The position numbers were made by a program, and so were the translations under genes. The notes beneath the pieces were generated by a model. The model searched no databases. It saw only the letters and a list, made by a program, of their open reading frames with translations, and had not been told where the DNA came from. DNA of 64,000 bases from Bdellovibrionota bacterium (GTDB taxonomy: Bacteria > Bdellovibrionota_C > UBA2361 > JBGSMV01): positions 3,872-67,871 of the forward strand of contig JBGSMV010000016.1 of NCBI GenBank assembly GCA_041739995.1, in the 5' to 3' direction. Of this stretch, positions 49,568 to 60,125 are shown piece after piece (positions within the stretch are counted from its first letter, which is position 1; each line of letters begins with the position of its first letter).

Positions 49568-50644
49568 CTACATCAATCCGCGGGGGACCCCGCGAGCGAT
49601 CAGCTTTTCCATTGCAGGAAGCATGAGCTCCTGCAGAGCTTCCGCCGCTGCACCCGCACCGCCGTGGAATTTTAAGCGATGCAGGAGCACAAACGGAGCA
49701 ATGAATTTCAAATCGTCTTCTGTTGCGTAGTTACGTCCATTCACTATGGCCCACGATTTTAGCGCCGACTGCACCATCAGAGCCGCTCTGGTTGAGGCCC
49801 CAAACTGAATCAGAGGATTGCCACGAGTGGCGTGAACAATCTCAATAATCGCTTCTCGTAAATGTTTGTGTACTTGCACTGAGTCCACGGCCAGACGAGC
49901 AGAAATAATATCGCTGCGAGAACAGACCGCATCGATCGTTTCAGCCGTTTCCATCAAGGACGCATGTGACTCAAGAATGCGAAGCTCGGTTGCTTGGTCC
50001 ACATACGACATGGGGATTTTTAGAATAAATCTGTCGAGCTGCACGATTGGGAGCGGATACGTTCCTGCGATGTCCAATGGATTTTGAGTTCCCACTACAA
50101 AGAACAGATCGTCCAGGGGGTGGGTGACGTTGTCGAGGGTGACTTGTTTCTCGGCCATACACTCGAGAAACGCTGCTTGTACTTTCGGGCCGGTGCGGTT
50201 GATCTCGTCTGCCAGAACTATGTGGGCAAATACCGGTCCATGCATGAAGTGAAACTGCCCGCTTTTTGGATCAAAGACGTTCACTCCGAGCACATCACCA
50301 GGGAGCAAGTCGGGAGTGAATTGGATGCGGCGAAAAGGCAAAATATGATCGGCCACGAGGCCGTGGGCCGATGCACCCTTATCGGAGGATATGAGGCGCC
50401 CAAGCGTTTTGGTGAGGGTCGTCTTTCCTGAACCAGGATAGTCTTCAAGCAGCACGTGCCCATCTGCAAGCAGAGCGGTCACGAGTAGTCGAATGGTGTC
50501 CTCTCGGCCTTGAATAACGCGACCAAGCCCGTCTCTCAAGCGACGGGCTACGTCTATGGCCTGCGCATAGTCCGCTGCCTGCGGCGCAGAGCTTGTGCCG
50601 TTGGCGTCTACGCCTGTTGAAGTCGGTGTTGAGGAGTAGTTCAT
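49568..50644 (-). CDS. MoxR-family AAA+ ATPase
   Basis: DYPGSGKTT Walker A, VLADEINRTGPKVQAAFLECMAEKQVT, VVGTQNP. Confidence 0.85.
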   Translation of the reverse strand: MNYSSTPTSTGVDANGTSSAPQAADYAQAIDVARRLRDGLGRVIQGREDTIRLLVTALLADGHVLLEDYPGSGKTTLTKTLGRLISSDKGASAHGLVADHILPFRRIQFTPDLLPGDVLGVNVFDPKSGQFHFMHGPVFAHIVLADEINRTGPKVQAAFLECMAEKQVTLDNVTHPLDDLFFVVGTQNPLDIAGTYPLPIVQLDRFILKIPMSYVDQATELRILESHASLMETAETIDAVCSRSDIISARLAVDSVQVHKHLREAIIEIVHATRGNPLIQFGASTRAALMVQSALKSWAIVNGRNYATEDDLKFIAPFVLLHRLKFHGGAGAAAEALQELMLPAMEKLIARGVPRGLM

Positions 50645-50648
50645 GTGA

Positions 50649-52601
50649 TTACTCTAGTGTTAGTTGAAATACCTTGTTCGACAGATCTACGAGCGCGGCT
50701 TCCATGCTTGAGCCGGTCCCAGTTGCGCCACCAAAGCCGGTAGACGATTTGCTCTCACTAGACCGGCCAGCCACGGGAATTAGTGAAAGCTCATGCTTCT
50801 CACCCTTCTCAGAGTGCTGAATCACATATTGAACCGCTTTGGCCTCATGAGGCAAGAACGGGCTTCGCTCGAGGATTCCAAGAACCTCGTCAGAGAGGCC
50901 AGCGGCGCGCACGGGGAGCTGTAATCCATGGTTTCGTAGTGCGGGGCGCGAAAGGGAAAAGACTGAGTTCGCAAGCTTTACGTATTCTGTGGAGCTAGAA
51001 TCCAGAAGGGTGAGCTTAACCACCATGGCTCTTAATGCCAGCGCATCATCGAACTGCGGTCGGGCCGTTTTGAGCGTGTGATTGAGCAGGCTTAAGGCTT
51101 CTGCTTCATTTCCGTTGAACGCTGCCTTTTCTGCGCGATAAAGCCGATAAAAATTCCGAGCCACTGGGCGGGCATCGCGAGATTCCTCTGCCTGAATACG
51201 AGCCTCAAGCGCACTGCTGGGGAGGCGCGCCAGCACCTCACCGAACGTTGGATACTCGAGCATGCTATCGGTATTTCGAATGAAGAGATCTTCGATGTTG
51301 CGCAGGTCTTCTATGAGAACTTGTCGGGCGCGACGCATCAACCACCAAGCTTCTACCGAATTCTCAAAGGATTCCGTCGCGAAGCGAACTCGATCCCAGG
51401 TGTGCTCAATCGGAGCCACGGACAGCATATCACTGCGTCTTAGTAGGGCTTGTGCGAGTGAAACGCTTGCAGCAGCCCTTAGGTCGTCTTGACTGGTTCC
51501 GATTTTTCCAAACCACTGACGCTTTGCAAGCACTTCGCGGAAGTGACCAATTGCTTCGGGCACGTGTCCTGACAATAGCGCGATGCGCCCGCGCACTAAG
51601 TGCACCAAGGCGCGGTGCTCTTCACCGTTGCGCAGCGGGAACTGAGCGACGCAGCCCTCGAAGCTATCAATGGTGCGCTTTGCGGTGCTGTAGTTCAGCT
51701 CATCAAGATAAAGTTTCGCTAGGTTGAGACTCGGCAGTACATGTTCACAGCCGTCGGGGAGCGACAGCGCTCGTGAGTAGGAGTTCTGAGAGAGGGCCTC
51801 GTTAAAAATTTCCTCATAGACTTCGCCTACATTGTTTAGAGGCGTCGCCGGTTGGCCAAGTTTTCCGAGGGAAAACTCGTACGAGATTGCTTGGCGAAAC
51901 ACTTCAATTGATCCAGAGCGATCTCCAGTCATCGAAAGCAGAATGCCAAGCATGTTAAGGGTTCGACCCATTTCTGCGCCGCTGAACACGCCGCGTCGAG
52001 CTTCGCGCACTGCTTCATCGAGTCGCCCAAGCTTCATTAAGATCCAGGCGCGACTTCCCGGATACCACTCGGCAAAATATCCATAGCCGGTAAATTCATC
52101 GAGCGTGTCGAGCGCGCCTGCATAGTCATCAAGGCTCAAACGTGCCTGGGAAAGGAGATACAGTATGCGCTGGTGCTGCTGCCGGGTTGTTTCGATAAAG
52201 TACGGCGGTGGACCCTGCTTTTCATAAAATAAATTCTGCCCCTGCTTTATGTAGCGCAGCGCAAGGTTGAAGTGCCCTACATGCACCATGTAGTAGCCAG
52301 CAAGCAGCAGGTGTGCTCTGTATTCTTTGGGATCTTTCTGCAGAATTTTAAGCAGCTTCGTTCGTGCATCCAAAGGTCTGTCATCATCAAGCAAGAGAGT
52401 GCTCTCAAACAGCAGCTCTTCGACGGATTTTTGTTCGTCATCGCCAAAATCAAGCGGCTTTTCGAAGATGCTAAACGGATCGAGGGGATCTACCGGGTCT
52501 CCCACGTCGGCGGAGGCGAGTGAGCAGAAGATTACTAACGCTGAGGCCAGACAGAACAGAGTCTTCGGGAGCGCTGTGCATAATGTAGGAAGTCTCCTCA
52601 C
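50649..52601 (-). CDS. Secreted TPR-repeat protein
   Basis: Start refined to GTG at 52601 (AAGGAGG 5 nt upstream; GTGA overlap with the TgpA-like stop), giving the signal peptide MRRLPTLCTALPKTLFCLASALVIFCSLASA. TPR-like helical repeats follow throughout. Confidence 0.55.
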   Translation of the reverse strand: MRRLPTLCTALPKTLFCLASALVIFCSLASADVGDPVDPLDPFSIFEKPLDFGDDEQKSVEELLFESTLLLDDDRPLDARTKLLKILQKDPKEYRAHLLLAGYYMVHVGHFNLALRYIKQGQNLFYEKQGPPPYFIETTRQQHQRILYLLSQARLSLDDYAGALDTLDEFTGYGYFAEWYPGSRAWILMKLGRLDEAVREARRGVFSGAEMGRTLNMLGILLSMTGDRSGSIEVFRQAISYEFSLGKLGQPATPLNNVGEVYEEIFNEALSQNSYSRALSLPDGCEHVLPSLNLAKLYLDELNYSTAKRTIDSFEGCVAQFPLRNGEEHRALVHLVRGRIALLSGHVPEAIGHFREVLAKRQWFGKIGTSQDDLRAAASVSLAQALLRRSDMLSVAPIEHTWDRVRFATESFENSVEAWWLMRRARQVLIEDLRNIEDLFIRNTDSMLEYPTFGEVLARLPSSALEARIQAEESRDARPVARNFYRLYRAEKAAFNGNEAEALSLLNHTLKTARPQFDDALALRAMVVKLTLLDSSSTEYVKLANSVFSLSRPALRNHGLQLPVRAAGLSDEVLGILERSPFLPHEAKAVQYVIQHSEKGEKHELSLIPVAGRSSESKSSTGFGGATGTGSSMEAALVDLSNKVFQLTLE

Positions 52602-54844
52602 CAGACCCTCCTTGTAAGCACCGCGAACGCAGACGAGGGATTCAGGTAACCGAGAAATCGTTTCCACTTCGGTAGTGGTAATGTGGCCACAGAGACTTTT
52701 GCTGCTTTAGAGAGCTGACTGAGCACTGAGGGGAGCACGGAGGGATCATAGACTGAGCGCACAAGCATGTCTGTTTCCGGTAGCGGATCAGAGCCAATTT
52801 CTTTAGCTAGGCGTGCGCGGAACTCGTGACGAGTTTCTCCCCCGGAACGTCGAAACCCAAGATCATATAGTAGCGCTTGGGTCGATCGGTGGCGCAGTTG
52901 CAGGCTTCGTAGTGGGTCCCTCGCGAGACGCCAGCCTGAAAGCAGAAGAACTTTTACCAAAGCTAAAAACACCAAGAGTCCGGCGATGGCGCCTGCTGGG
53001 TACTTCCAGTCAGGGGGGGAGAAAAACGGCTCTTCCTGAATTCCTGCTTCGTCAGCAGCAACATCTTTAGGAAGAATCTCTTCAGTTGGCCCGACCATTC
53101 CCATCAGCTCTTCAAGCGTCTTCATATCGACTGGGGATTCACCGTGGTTTTCTACCTGTTGTGGCTGCGGGTCGAACGGGATCCAGCCTCGACCTGCGAT
53201 GTAAACCTCCGACCAGGCATGACGGTCATTCATGCGCAGTAGAATGTGGCCATCTCGCGCTTGGCTAAGGTCGGTAAGATATCCGGTTCCTATGCGAGCA
53301 GGAATGCCGAGTGCTCGGTAGAGGTAGACCATGGCGTGTGCAAAGTGCACGCAGTAACCCCGCATGTCTCCAAAGAGAAATGCGGCGACAGGATCCTCGT
53401 CGGGTGCCATCTCGTGACCGGGAGTCAAAGTGTAAATGGCGTGCTCTGAAAACCATTGATTGACCAAAAACAAACGCGCAATAGGGTCTGTCGTGTCGCC
53501 CACTATTTTTCTTGCAAGTTCCTCGTAACGCTTGTCGGGATGAGGGGTAAGATAGTGAGCCTTGGTCTCCTGATCCCAATCAGGATCGCCGACTTCACCA
53601 CCAGCAAGTTCTTGCAGAGCGAAGCCTGGAGCTACCGAATATGCTTTATAAGCAGAGTTGAATCTTCCTGGATTGGGGTTTTTGAGTTGTCGTATTTCCA
53701 GAGGAAAATCTATGGCGAAAGCTGTTTTATGCTCGGCCAGGAGAAATACGGACTGTACCAGTGGTGTTCGACTAAGTAATCGCGTGTCTGGTTCCGTAGA
53801 GTAGGACTCATCAGGACGAGATCGATTTACGTCGGTATCGTACCGAGCCGGTGCGATCACCATCTCGTTTCCACTAAATCCGCTCAGTGCAGATTCTCTG
53901 AAATAGAGCATCGGGGAAAATGGATTCTGTGCGTAGTCGCCTTCGAGCCGCACCAGAGCTGACGGTTGAGAGTTTTTGCCGAGAGAAGAGTGAAACCCTA
54001 ATGGTGAGAGCTCCTCTTTGTCTTCTTGACCCACACCCATCATGGTGACTGAGCCACCTGCAATTTTTGAAAATGCTGCGAAGGTGGCGTACCCGATACC
54101 GTAGAGCAGCGAGGCTAGTACCACCGTCACCGTTGCTCCTCGTAGTGACCACCCAGAAGTGTGATGAACGTTGAAATTTTTAAAACTACCGTCGTTGAGT
54201 CTTGTTGCTTCAGGGCGACCCGGGGGAGAGGAGAGTAATAGAAAACCAAACAGAGCGGCGACGACCGCTACTCCTACCGCGACAAGCATGGCTATCGGTG
54301 ACCAGCCAAGTGACCAGGCCAGGGCGTGTACCGCCGAAGGTTGATCAAGCTTTAGACCGCGGTGACCTGAAAGCAAATGAATGGTGGCCCAGACTAGTGC
54401 GAGTACCTCGAGTGTGAGCGCATGTTTCGTTCGCCAAAACAGCCAGGTGGTGGCGGCAGCAAGTAGCGCACCGATGCAGACGATATCAAGGTGAAGCTCG
54501 AATGCAGAAAGTGCAAGGGAGCCGTTGAGAAAACTAGGAGGAACGAATCCTATTCCCCACCAGAACCCTGAATAGGCCAGGTAGGTGCCTCCCAACAACG
54601 TGGCGAAGCCAAGCGAAGTGAGGCGACTAAACGCCAAAGTTGAGGCTACGAGCACTCCGACGCAAGTACCCGCCGACACCACCAGGGGAGAAGTGCCGAT
54701 TTCAAAAATACGGTTTAGAAAGTGAACTAGTATTCCAATGAACAGACAGCGAAGTAGTGCGACAAGCACGAGTCGTCGTCGTTCGCCCTTACCGAGGGAA
54801 CCAAAATCAATAAAATGTGCGAGAAATGAAAAACCTTTGCCCAT
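52598..54844 (-). CDS. TgpA-like transglutaminase-domain membrane protein (N-terminal multi-TM, TGc core, C-terminal TM)
   Basis: Cys-His-Asp core: GDMRGYCVHFAHAMVYLYRALGIPAR...DRHAWSEVYIAGRGWIPFDP. Confidence 0.75.
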   Translation of the reverse strand: MGKGFSFLAHFIDFGSLGKGERRRLVLVALLRCLFIGILVHFLNRIFEIGTSPLVVSAGTCVGVLVASTLAFSRLTSLGFATLLGGTYLAYSGFWWGIGFVPPSFLNGSLALSAFELHLDIVCIGALLAAATTWLFWRTKHALTLEVLALVWATIHLLSGHRGLKLDQPSAVHALAWSLGWSPIAMLVAVGVAVVAALFGFLLLSSPPGRPEATRLNDGSFKNFNVHHTSGWSLRGATVTVVLASLLYGIGYATFAAFSKIAGGSVTMMGVGQEDKEELSPLGFHSSLGKNSQPSALVRLEGDYAQNPFSPMLYFRESALSGFSGNEMVIAPARYDTDVNRSRPDESYSTEPDTRLLSRTPLVQSVFLLAEHKTAFAIDFPLEIRQLKNPNPGRFNSAYKAYSVAPGFALQELAGGEVGDPDWDQETKAHYLTPHPDKRYEELARKIVGDTTDPIARLFLVNQWFSEHAIYTLTPGHEMAPDEDPVAAFLFGDMRGYCVHFAHAMVYLYRALGIPARIGTGYLTDLSQARDGHILLRMNDRHAWSEVYIAGRGWIPFDPQPQQVENHGESPVDMKTLEELMGMVGPTEEILPKDVAADEAGIQEEPFFSPPDWKYPAGAIAGLLVFLALVKVLLLSGWRLARDPLRSLQLRHRSTQALLYDLGFRRSGGETRHEFRARLAKEIGSDPLPETDMLVRSVYDPSVLPSVLSQLSKAAKVSVATLPLPKWKRFLGYLNPSSAFAVLTRRVW

Positions 54845-54849
54845 GATTC

Positions 54850-56223
54850 TTAAAGGATAACCTCCCAACCGCGTTGTGCACAAAGCCCCAGAAACTTCTT
54901 GTAGGCAGCTGGGTCGGCTCCTTGAGAAGCCTCGGTTTTGTGAATAAAGAGAGAGCTCAGACGTGGCGTTGCACCGGATCGAGAGTGAAATATTCCGGAG
55001 CCTTTGGAAATGACTAGCACTGGCTGGGTCCCATCCTTTGACAGGGAATCCAGGGCTGCAACTATGTGCTGACTAAGTTCGGGAGCACCCGCCCTTCTCT
55101 CAGAGAGAAATACCACCACCTTATCGATTCGCGAGTCTTGGACTGAAGACCGAATAGTAGAGAGGAGGGTGGCAAGTTCGATTTGAAGAGAGTTTGAGGA
55201 CGAGGGATATTCTGCGCTATGTGCATCAGTCGACGCATCCCAAACGCTCTCAACTAGAAGTCGCAGAAAGTTCTGCGAGGACCGAGTGATACTTCTCTCG
55301 CGGCGTCCTTCGCATCCACACCAAAGCTCCAAGTCCAGTTCTTCAATCATACGAGAGAAATGCACCGCTTCGGCACACACCGCATCCTCGTGCTTGTTCG
55401 CTATTACAAAACAAACGACCTGTCCTTCGGGGGACACGGCGCGTTCGGGATGGCGAGAGATAAGTTCGCCGCGTTTTGCAAAAACTTTCCAGAGCACGCG
55501 CTTCATGCCGTCGGAGGGATGGTACTGTTTGAGATCGAAGAGATCTCCTTGACGCTCAAGTAAGTCACTGACGGCATCTCCAGACCGAACCGCAGAGGTC
55601 ATCACTGGAAGGTTTCTCTCGGGGTGCTGAGCTGGCAGGACATCAACTCGGGCGGTGCGGGCTGACTCATGGTCACGCCAAGCGATGCTGCTTAGTCCTG
55701 CAAGGTCACCGGTTCTAAATTGGTAGTGTTGTACTTGCCAGATACCGCGATGAGGAAAGCGAATGTCTTCCACCAGAATACGATCATCAGAGGTGCTTCC
55801 TACTAAAGTGTGCTGGGCACATGGCAGGGCAGAATTGAAGGAAAGTTCTGTCTCGACTGTAGTAAATGGGAAAACGTTGAATGGACTAAGACGCACTACC
55901 ACTCGAGTCAGAAGCCCTGCGGTGGGAGTGGCAGCTTCCGGGGAGAAGGAGTCGGCGTTAAAGCGCACTTGAAGGTTTCTTTGAATTGAGCGGGCCTGAA
56001 TGAGCGTGGCACTTGCGAATCCTAGCACTAGAGCGATTAGGCTGTAGCCGATCACCGAAGCGACCATATCGTTGTCGTTTCGTGCAGGAATGAGAACCAA
56101 GAAAAGTCCCAACGATAGGAACAGCAGCCCCCTGGTGGTGAACGGCAGGGCATGAAGAACGCGTGCCCCGGTTGCGGGAAGCCAGCGTGCTTCGTTTGGG
56201 ACAGTCTGTGTCGTAGAATTCAT
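54850..56223 (-). CDS. DUF58 (VWA-like) protein, MoxR partner
   Basis: DLFDLKQYHPSDGMKRVLWKVFAKRGELISRHPE matches the DUF58 core (EF..lReY.pGDd.R.IdWK..AR...L.vRe.E). Two N-terminal TM segments. Confidence 0.7.
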   Translation of the reverse strand: MNSTTQTVPNEARWLPATGARVLHALPFTTRGLLFLSLGLFLVLIPARNDNDMVASVIGYSLIALVLGFASATLIQARSIQRNLQVRFNADSFSPEAATPTAGLLTRVVVRLSPFNVFPFTTVETELSFNSALPCAQHTLVGSTSDDRILVEDIRFPHRGIWQVQHYQFRTGDLAGLSSIAWRDHESARTARVDVLPAQHPERNLPVMTSAVRSGDAVSDLLERQGDLFDLKQYHPSDGMKRVLWKVFAKRGELISRHPERAVSPEGQVVCFVIANKHEDAVCAEAVHFSRMIEELDLELWCGCEGRRERSITRSSQNFLRLLVESVWDASTDAHSAEYPSSSNSLQIELATLLSTIRSSVQDSRIDKVVVFLSERRAGAPELSQHIVAALDSLSKDGTQPVLVISKGSGIFHSRSGATPRLSSLFIHKTEASQGADPAAYKKFLGLCAQRGWEVIL

Positions 56224-56515
56224 CTAAATCCGTATGCTCCTAAAAGGAGCAGTAAGTTAGTTCGATTCTAGAGTATCGAAGCGCTTCAACTTCGGCGCAA
56301 ATCGAAATTGTGAGTCGCCTTAGTGATCGTGCTTCTCGTGTAGCATGATCTCAGGAAAGCCCCTGGAGGCCAAGCAGGGGCCACCAGGGGACTTTCTAGG
56401 GGCGACAGCTATTTCAAGTCGCATCGTCACGCGGTTTTTGAGGGGATTTTCCTATGATACGGGACCTGCTCATCGTTCCATAACTGTCTGAGAGAGCTAC
56501 ACAATTAGTAATTTT

Positions 56516-57724
56516 ATGAGACCAGGACAAGGTAAAGAAGGGTGCGGATCTTCCCGCAAAACTCGCCCCCAAGATGCTTCGCAACCTGGGTTGTTTGAGG
56601 CACTCGCGACCCCGAAATCTTCAGATGAAACGGCTGCGCACACTTCTTTGCCTAAAGTGACTGAGGTGACGAAGGCGCCGCCAGCGGCCTCAAATGAACT
56701 GCGAAAGGCGAAAGTTCTAGAACTTGTCGATCCTGAGCAGTTGGCTACGGTACTACGCGGAGGACAGTTTCTGTCCACACTGCCACTCAGATTCAGTCCT
56801 GAGTACGAAACTGATCTTCTTGAACGACTGGCCCGTGTTGAAGCCGCCGCCAAAGTGCGGCCTGTCATTCCCGGCTACGGGCCGACCGGCATTTCGCAAT
56901 CACACGATAATGAACTGAAAATGCATGAAGCTTTGAAGCTGCTCGCAGAGCGAGTGGGGCCAGTAGCTTTGCTCGATAGGATATTGATCGAGCGGGTAAA
57001 TACATACGAAAAGCGCGGTGGCGTGGACAACCGCTATCTGGCGCGCATGTTTCGTGACGAAGGTTTGGATCGGGGGCGCAAGCTTGGGCCGTTTGTGCAA
57101 GCTGTATATATCCCCAAAGGGAGCTCGTTGACCCCGGGCTCCATCGACCGCAAGCGACACCCCTTTCTTCTTGCTCAAGGCCAGCTGGTTGCCCCAGAGC
57201 ATCCCAAGGAAACGGCGCTTCGAGCACTGGTCGAGAATGCGAGCGCCCTTAAGAACGGCGGTCGTGTGTTAGTTATTTGTGAAAATGGCGCGACCAATAA
57301 GTATCTCGCGGAGAAGTCGCTGACGTGGGAGCGAGTGAGCACGGGGCTGAGAGCCCTAACAAAGGAGTCTCAGCGAGCGTCTATTGCCCGCGCGGAAGGA
57401 GCCTACATGCAAGCAGATCGATCAATCGAAGTGCTTGTATTGCGGCCGGAACAACTCAAAGGCCTGCATTCCCAGGGCGTGAGCGCGCTACATGCTGCCA
57501 TGGTTGTGGTGCATAGCCTCGGAGTTAATCCGAAGACCGAAGATTTGAAACTGCCCGGCTGCTCAGAGCTTCCGATGTTGTACACCAAGCAGGTAGTCCA
57601 GCTTTCAACCACTGAGCATACGAAGAACCTCAAGAAACCAGGCTACGATCCGCTCAATTTAAAACATGTGATTGACGACGCCGGCTCAGAAGCGCCTGAA
57701 AAACCCCGCTATTGGGACAGGTAA
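56516..57724 (+). CDS. Hypothetical protein (402 aa)
   Basis: ORF only. Transcribed divergently from the MoxR cluster. Confidence 0.4.
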   Translation: MRPGQGKEGCGSSRKTRPQDASQPGLFEALATPKSSDETAAHTSLPKVTEVTKAPPAASNELRKAKVLELVDPEQLATVLRGGQFLSTLPLRFSPEYETDLLERLARVEAAAKVRPVIPGYGPTGISQSHDNELKMHEALKLLAERVGPVALLDRILIERVNTYEKRGGVDNRYLARMFRDEGLDRGRKLGPFVQAVYIPKGSSLTPGSIDRKRHPFLLAQGQLVAPEHPKETALRALVENASALKNGGRVLVICENGATNKYLAEKSLTWERVSTGLRALTKESQRASIARAEGAYMQADRSIEVLVLRPEQLKGLHSQGVSALHAAMVVVHSLGVNPKTEDLKLPGCSELPMLYTKQVVQLSTTEHTKNLKKPGYDPLNLKHVIDDAGSEAPEKPRYWDR

Positions 57725-57742
57725 AGCCCCAAGAGCCACGCC

Positions 57743-58927
57743 CTATAATATTGGCTGTCGAGCAACTGCAGTTTCGGGAAACGAATCTGCATGGGCAACC
57801 GCTGCTGAAATTGCGCTGTCGAACTCGCTGGCGCCAAATCTCCACAGACGTGCAATTGAGAAGTTAGCGAAGAACACTTTTATGGTATCGAGTGACTTCC
57901 AAAAATTTTCAGAGAACTTCTCAGTGAATGTTGGCGCTCGTTGTTGGGACTCGCTCTCGTCCTTTAGTGATCGGTGCGCTTTAAACAGAAACTGAGAGCC
58001 GTTCAAAATAGTGGCTTTTACTTCGTTATTTGGATTGTTGGACTGTGGTCCGTCATGATGAAGATAGTAGCTAAGCTCGAAGAGTCGAAAGAGACGCTCG
58101 GTTCCGTCAGCCCCCTGGAGCTGTGGGCCGACGCGTCTCTCATAATTATACAAGTAGTGCGCAACTCCTGCTTCAGCATTTCTCCAAGGATCCATGCAAT
58201 CTGATTGTGGAAGCGCGAAGGTCTCTCCAGTTGCTTTTACAAACTGAAACAGCCCACAAGCAGTGGTAGTTGATGCGCGAGCCATTGGGTTGAATCCGGA
58301 TTCAATATCGGCGATTGCAAGCAGTACCGCTTGATCGTCGATTGAAAGCCCTGCCTTCCTCGAGTGAAACAGAATCGCCCTTACCGATTCGCGTTGCGCC
58401 CAGACCGGCGCACCGACTCGTAGAAACTCTCTAGTGGATCCGCGGTTGACCTCATCAGAGTCGTACTCTCTGGTAAATCGCGAGCCTTCAATAACTTTAT
58501 CAATCGTCTGGTCGGAGATTTTGCCAAGAATCATCTGGGAATGAATCTCAGAACCTGTGACCACCACAAGTGCCAGTAGTACCACCATGCTGATGTTGAG
58601 AAGTACATGAAGCGGATGCTTCACCCCGTACCAGCACATGCCCTTGGTAAGAAACCAGAGGAGAGAAAGTGAGCTCGCAATAGTGAGAGAGAAAAAGCGG
58701 AGAAAATCTGAAAGCGGAGTGCTCTGGGGTAGGGGTTCAACGCGAATATGTTCTTCGACAACGGCATCAGAGTCGACCACTACTATGTGGTTAGTAGGGA
58801 GCGTCTGGGAGTCTGCGGCTTGGGCGCTCTCCGCTGAATTACTTTGCGCAGAATGACTCGGCGCAGAAGACACCTCCTCCGATCTCGCCTCCGGGCGACT
58901 TCGCTCAAGCTTTACTACATTGCTCAT
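57743..58927 (-). CDS. Membrane-anchored lytic transglycosylase-like protein (SLT/lysozyme-like motif)
   Basis: ADIESGFNPMARASTTTACGLFQF matches the SLT catalytic region (ES...P.A.S..GA.GLMQ). N-terminal TM. Confidence 0.55.
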   Translation of the reverse strand: MSNVVKLERSRPEARSEEVSSAPSHSAQSNSAESAQAADSQTLPTNHIVVVDSDAVVEEHIRVEPLPQSTPLSDFLRFFSLTIASSLSLLWFLTKGMCWYGVKHPLHVLLNISMVVLLALVVVTGSEIHSQMILGKISDQTIDKVIEGSRFTREYDSDEVNRGSTREFLRVGAPVWAQRESVRAILFHSRKAGLSIDDQAVLLAIADIESGFNPMARASTTTACGLFQFVKATGETFALPQSDCMDPWRNAEAGVAHYLYNYERRVGPQLQGADGTERLFRLFELSYYLHHDGPQSNNPNNEVKATILNGSQFLFKAHRSLKDESESQQRAPTFTEKFSENFWKSLDTIKVFFANFSIARLWRFGASEFDSAISAAVAHADSFPETAVARQPIL

Positions 58928-59223
58928 ATGCCTGCTCCTAACTCCCTGCTCGTCGTTATCGCGAGACTCGAGCGGCGCGTATCAGAGAAATTCGGAGCAG
59001 GGCGCCAACTATCTGGATATACAATGAAAAATTTCAGAGCCACCAAGGTCTGAACGCCAAGTCACATTAATTTATGACGGGGTATCTAGAGATGGGCTCT
59101 CTGTGACTTGGGGGCGGGTATGGGACTGGCCCCCATAGTCGCTCCAGCCTAATTATGCGCATTTGAGCTCGATCAGCCCAAAACGAAAGCTCGTAGCTCA
59201 TATGAGCGGCTATTTGCTGGTGC

Positions 59224-60102
59224 GTGACGGAACCCTCCCTCTGCAGATATAGTAGCCCTATGCGAGATGAACGTCTTACTCGAATTGCGCTAAAGGAGCG
59301 CCTTTACCGACGGCGTTTTTTGGTACCGAATGCGGTGACGCTCGCGAACATGTTCTGTGGGTTCCTTGCTTGCTTGTATGCGTCTCAAGGAAAGTTTGAA
59401 AAAGCGGCGCTCGCGATAGGGTTTGCCATTCTACTGGACGGGCTTGATGGCAGAGTTGCCAGAAAGCTTAAGGCAACGTCCAAGTTTGGACTTGAGTTCG
59501 ATTCATTCTCAGACCTGACCTCGTTTGGAATCGCCCCAGCTATTCTGATTTACCATTGGAGCTTGAAGCCGGTCGCGGATCAGTTTGGCGTCTTTATTTG
59601 TTTCATTTATGCGGTATGCGCGGCGAGTCGTCTGGCGCGCTTTAACATCGCAGATCAAAACATGAAATCCTTCACTGGTCTCCCGACTCCTGGTGCGGCG
59701 GCCTTGGTGGGTGCATTAGTAAATTTTGCGCCTGCGATTGGCTCATCAGTGGCGCACGCGGTCGTTGGATCCTGTGTGATGGTGAGTCTCGGATTCCTGA
59801 TGGTCTCGCAGGTTGAGTTCTTCTCGATAAAAACCGTTCAAATGAAGTCGTTCGGCATTTTTGCAAGAATTTTGGTTGCGGGGTCCATCGCGTTGCTTTG
59901 GTATAACTCAGGGGTTGGTTTTCTCGCACTGGCTGGAGTCTATGTACTCAGTGGTCCAATTCAATTTGTCCGAAGTAGGTATTGGCCTCGACCTCAAGAG
60001 GCTGAGTCTTCGCCTGATGGCTTTCATGGCGCATCTGCGCCGACTTCCACGGGCAAAGCCGAGTCCACTGAAAACAAGCTCACCGAGAGTAATCTGAATT
60101 AG
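59224..60102 (+). CDS. pssA: CDP-alcohol phosphatidyltransferase, phosphatidylserine synthase-like
   Basis: PNAVTLANMFCGF...DGLDGRVAR...GLEFDSFSDLTSFG is the DG..AR...G...D...D motif. Confidence 0.75.
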   Translation: MTEPSLCRYSSPMRDERLTRIALKERLYRRRFLVPNAVTLANMFCGFLACLYASQGKFEKAALAIGFAILLDGLDGRVARKLKATSKFGLEFDSFSDLTSFGIAPAILIYHWSLKPVADQFGVFICFIYAVCAASRLARFNIADQNMKSFTGLPTPGAAALVGALVNFAPAIGSSVAHAVVGSCVMVSLGFLMVSQVEFFSIKTVQMKSFGIFARILVAGSIALLWYNSGVGFLALAGVYVLSGPIQFVRSRYWPRPQEAESSPDGFHGASAPTSTGKAESTENKLTESNLN

Positions 60103-60125
60103 CTTCTTGCTACGCGTGCGGTGTT

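Noticed and set aside
56224-56515. Inverted repeats (GCTCCTAAAAGGAGC; CCCCTGG...CCAGGGG) in the divergent region upstream of the DUF58 gene
   Set aside because: They are short and GC-rich. This is plausibly ordinary promoter/operator structure, and there is insufficient evidence for a distinct element.
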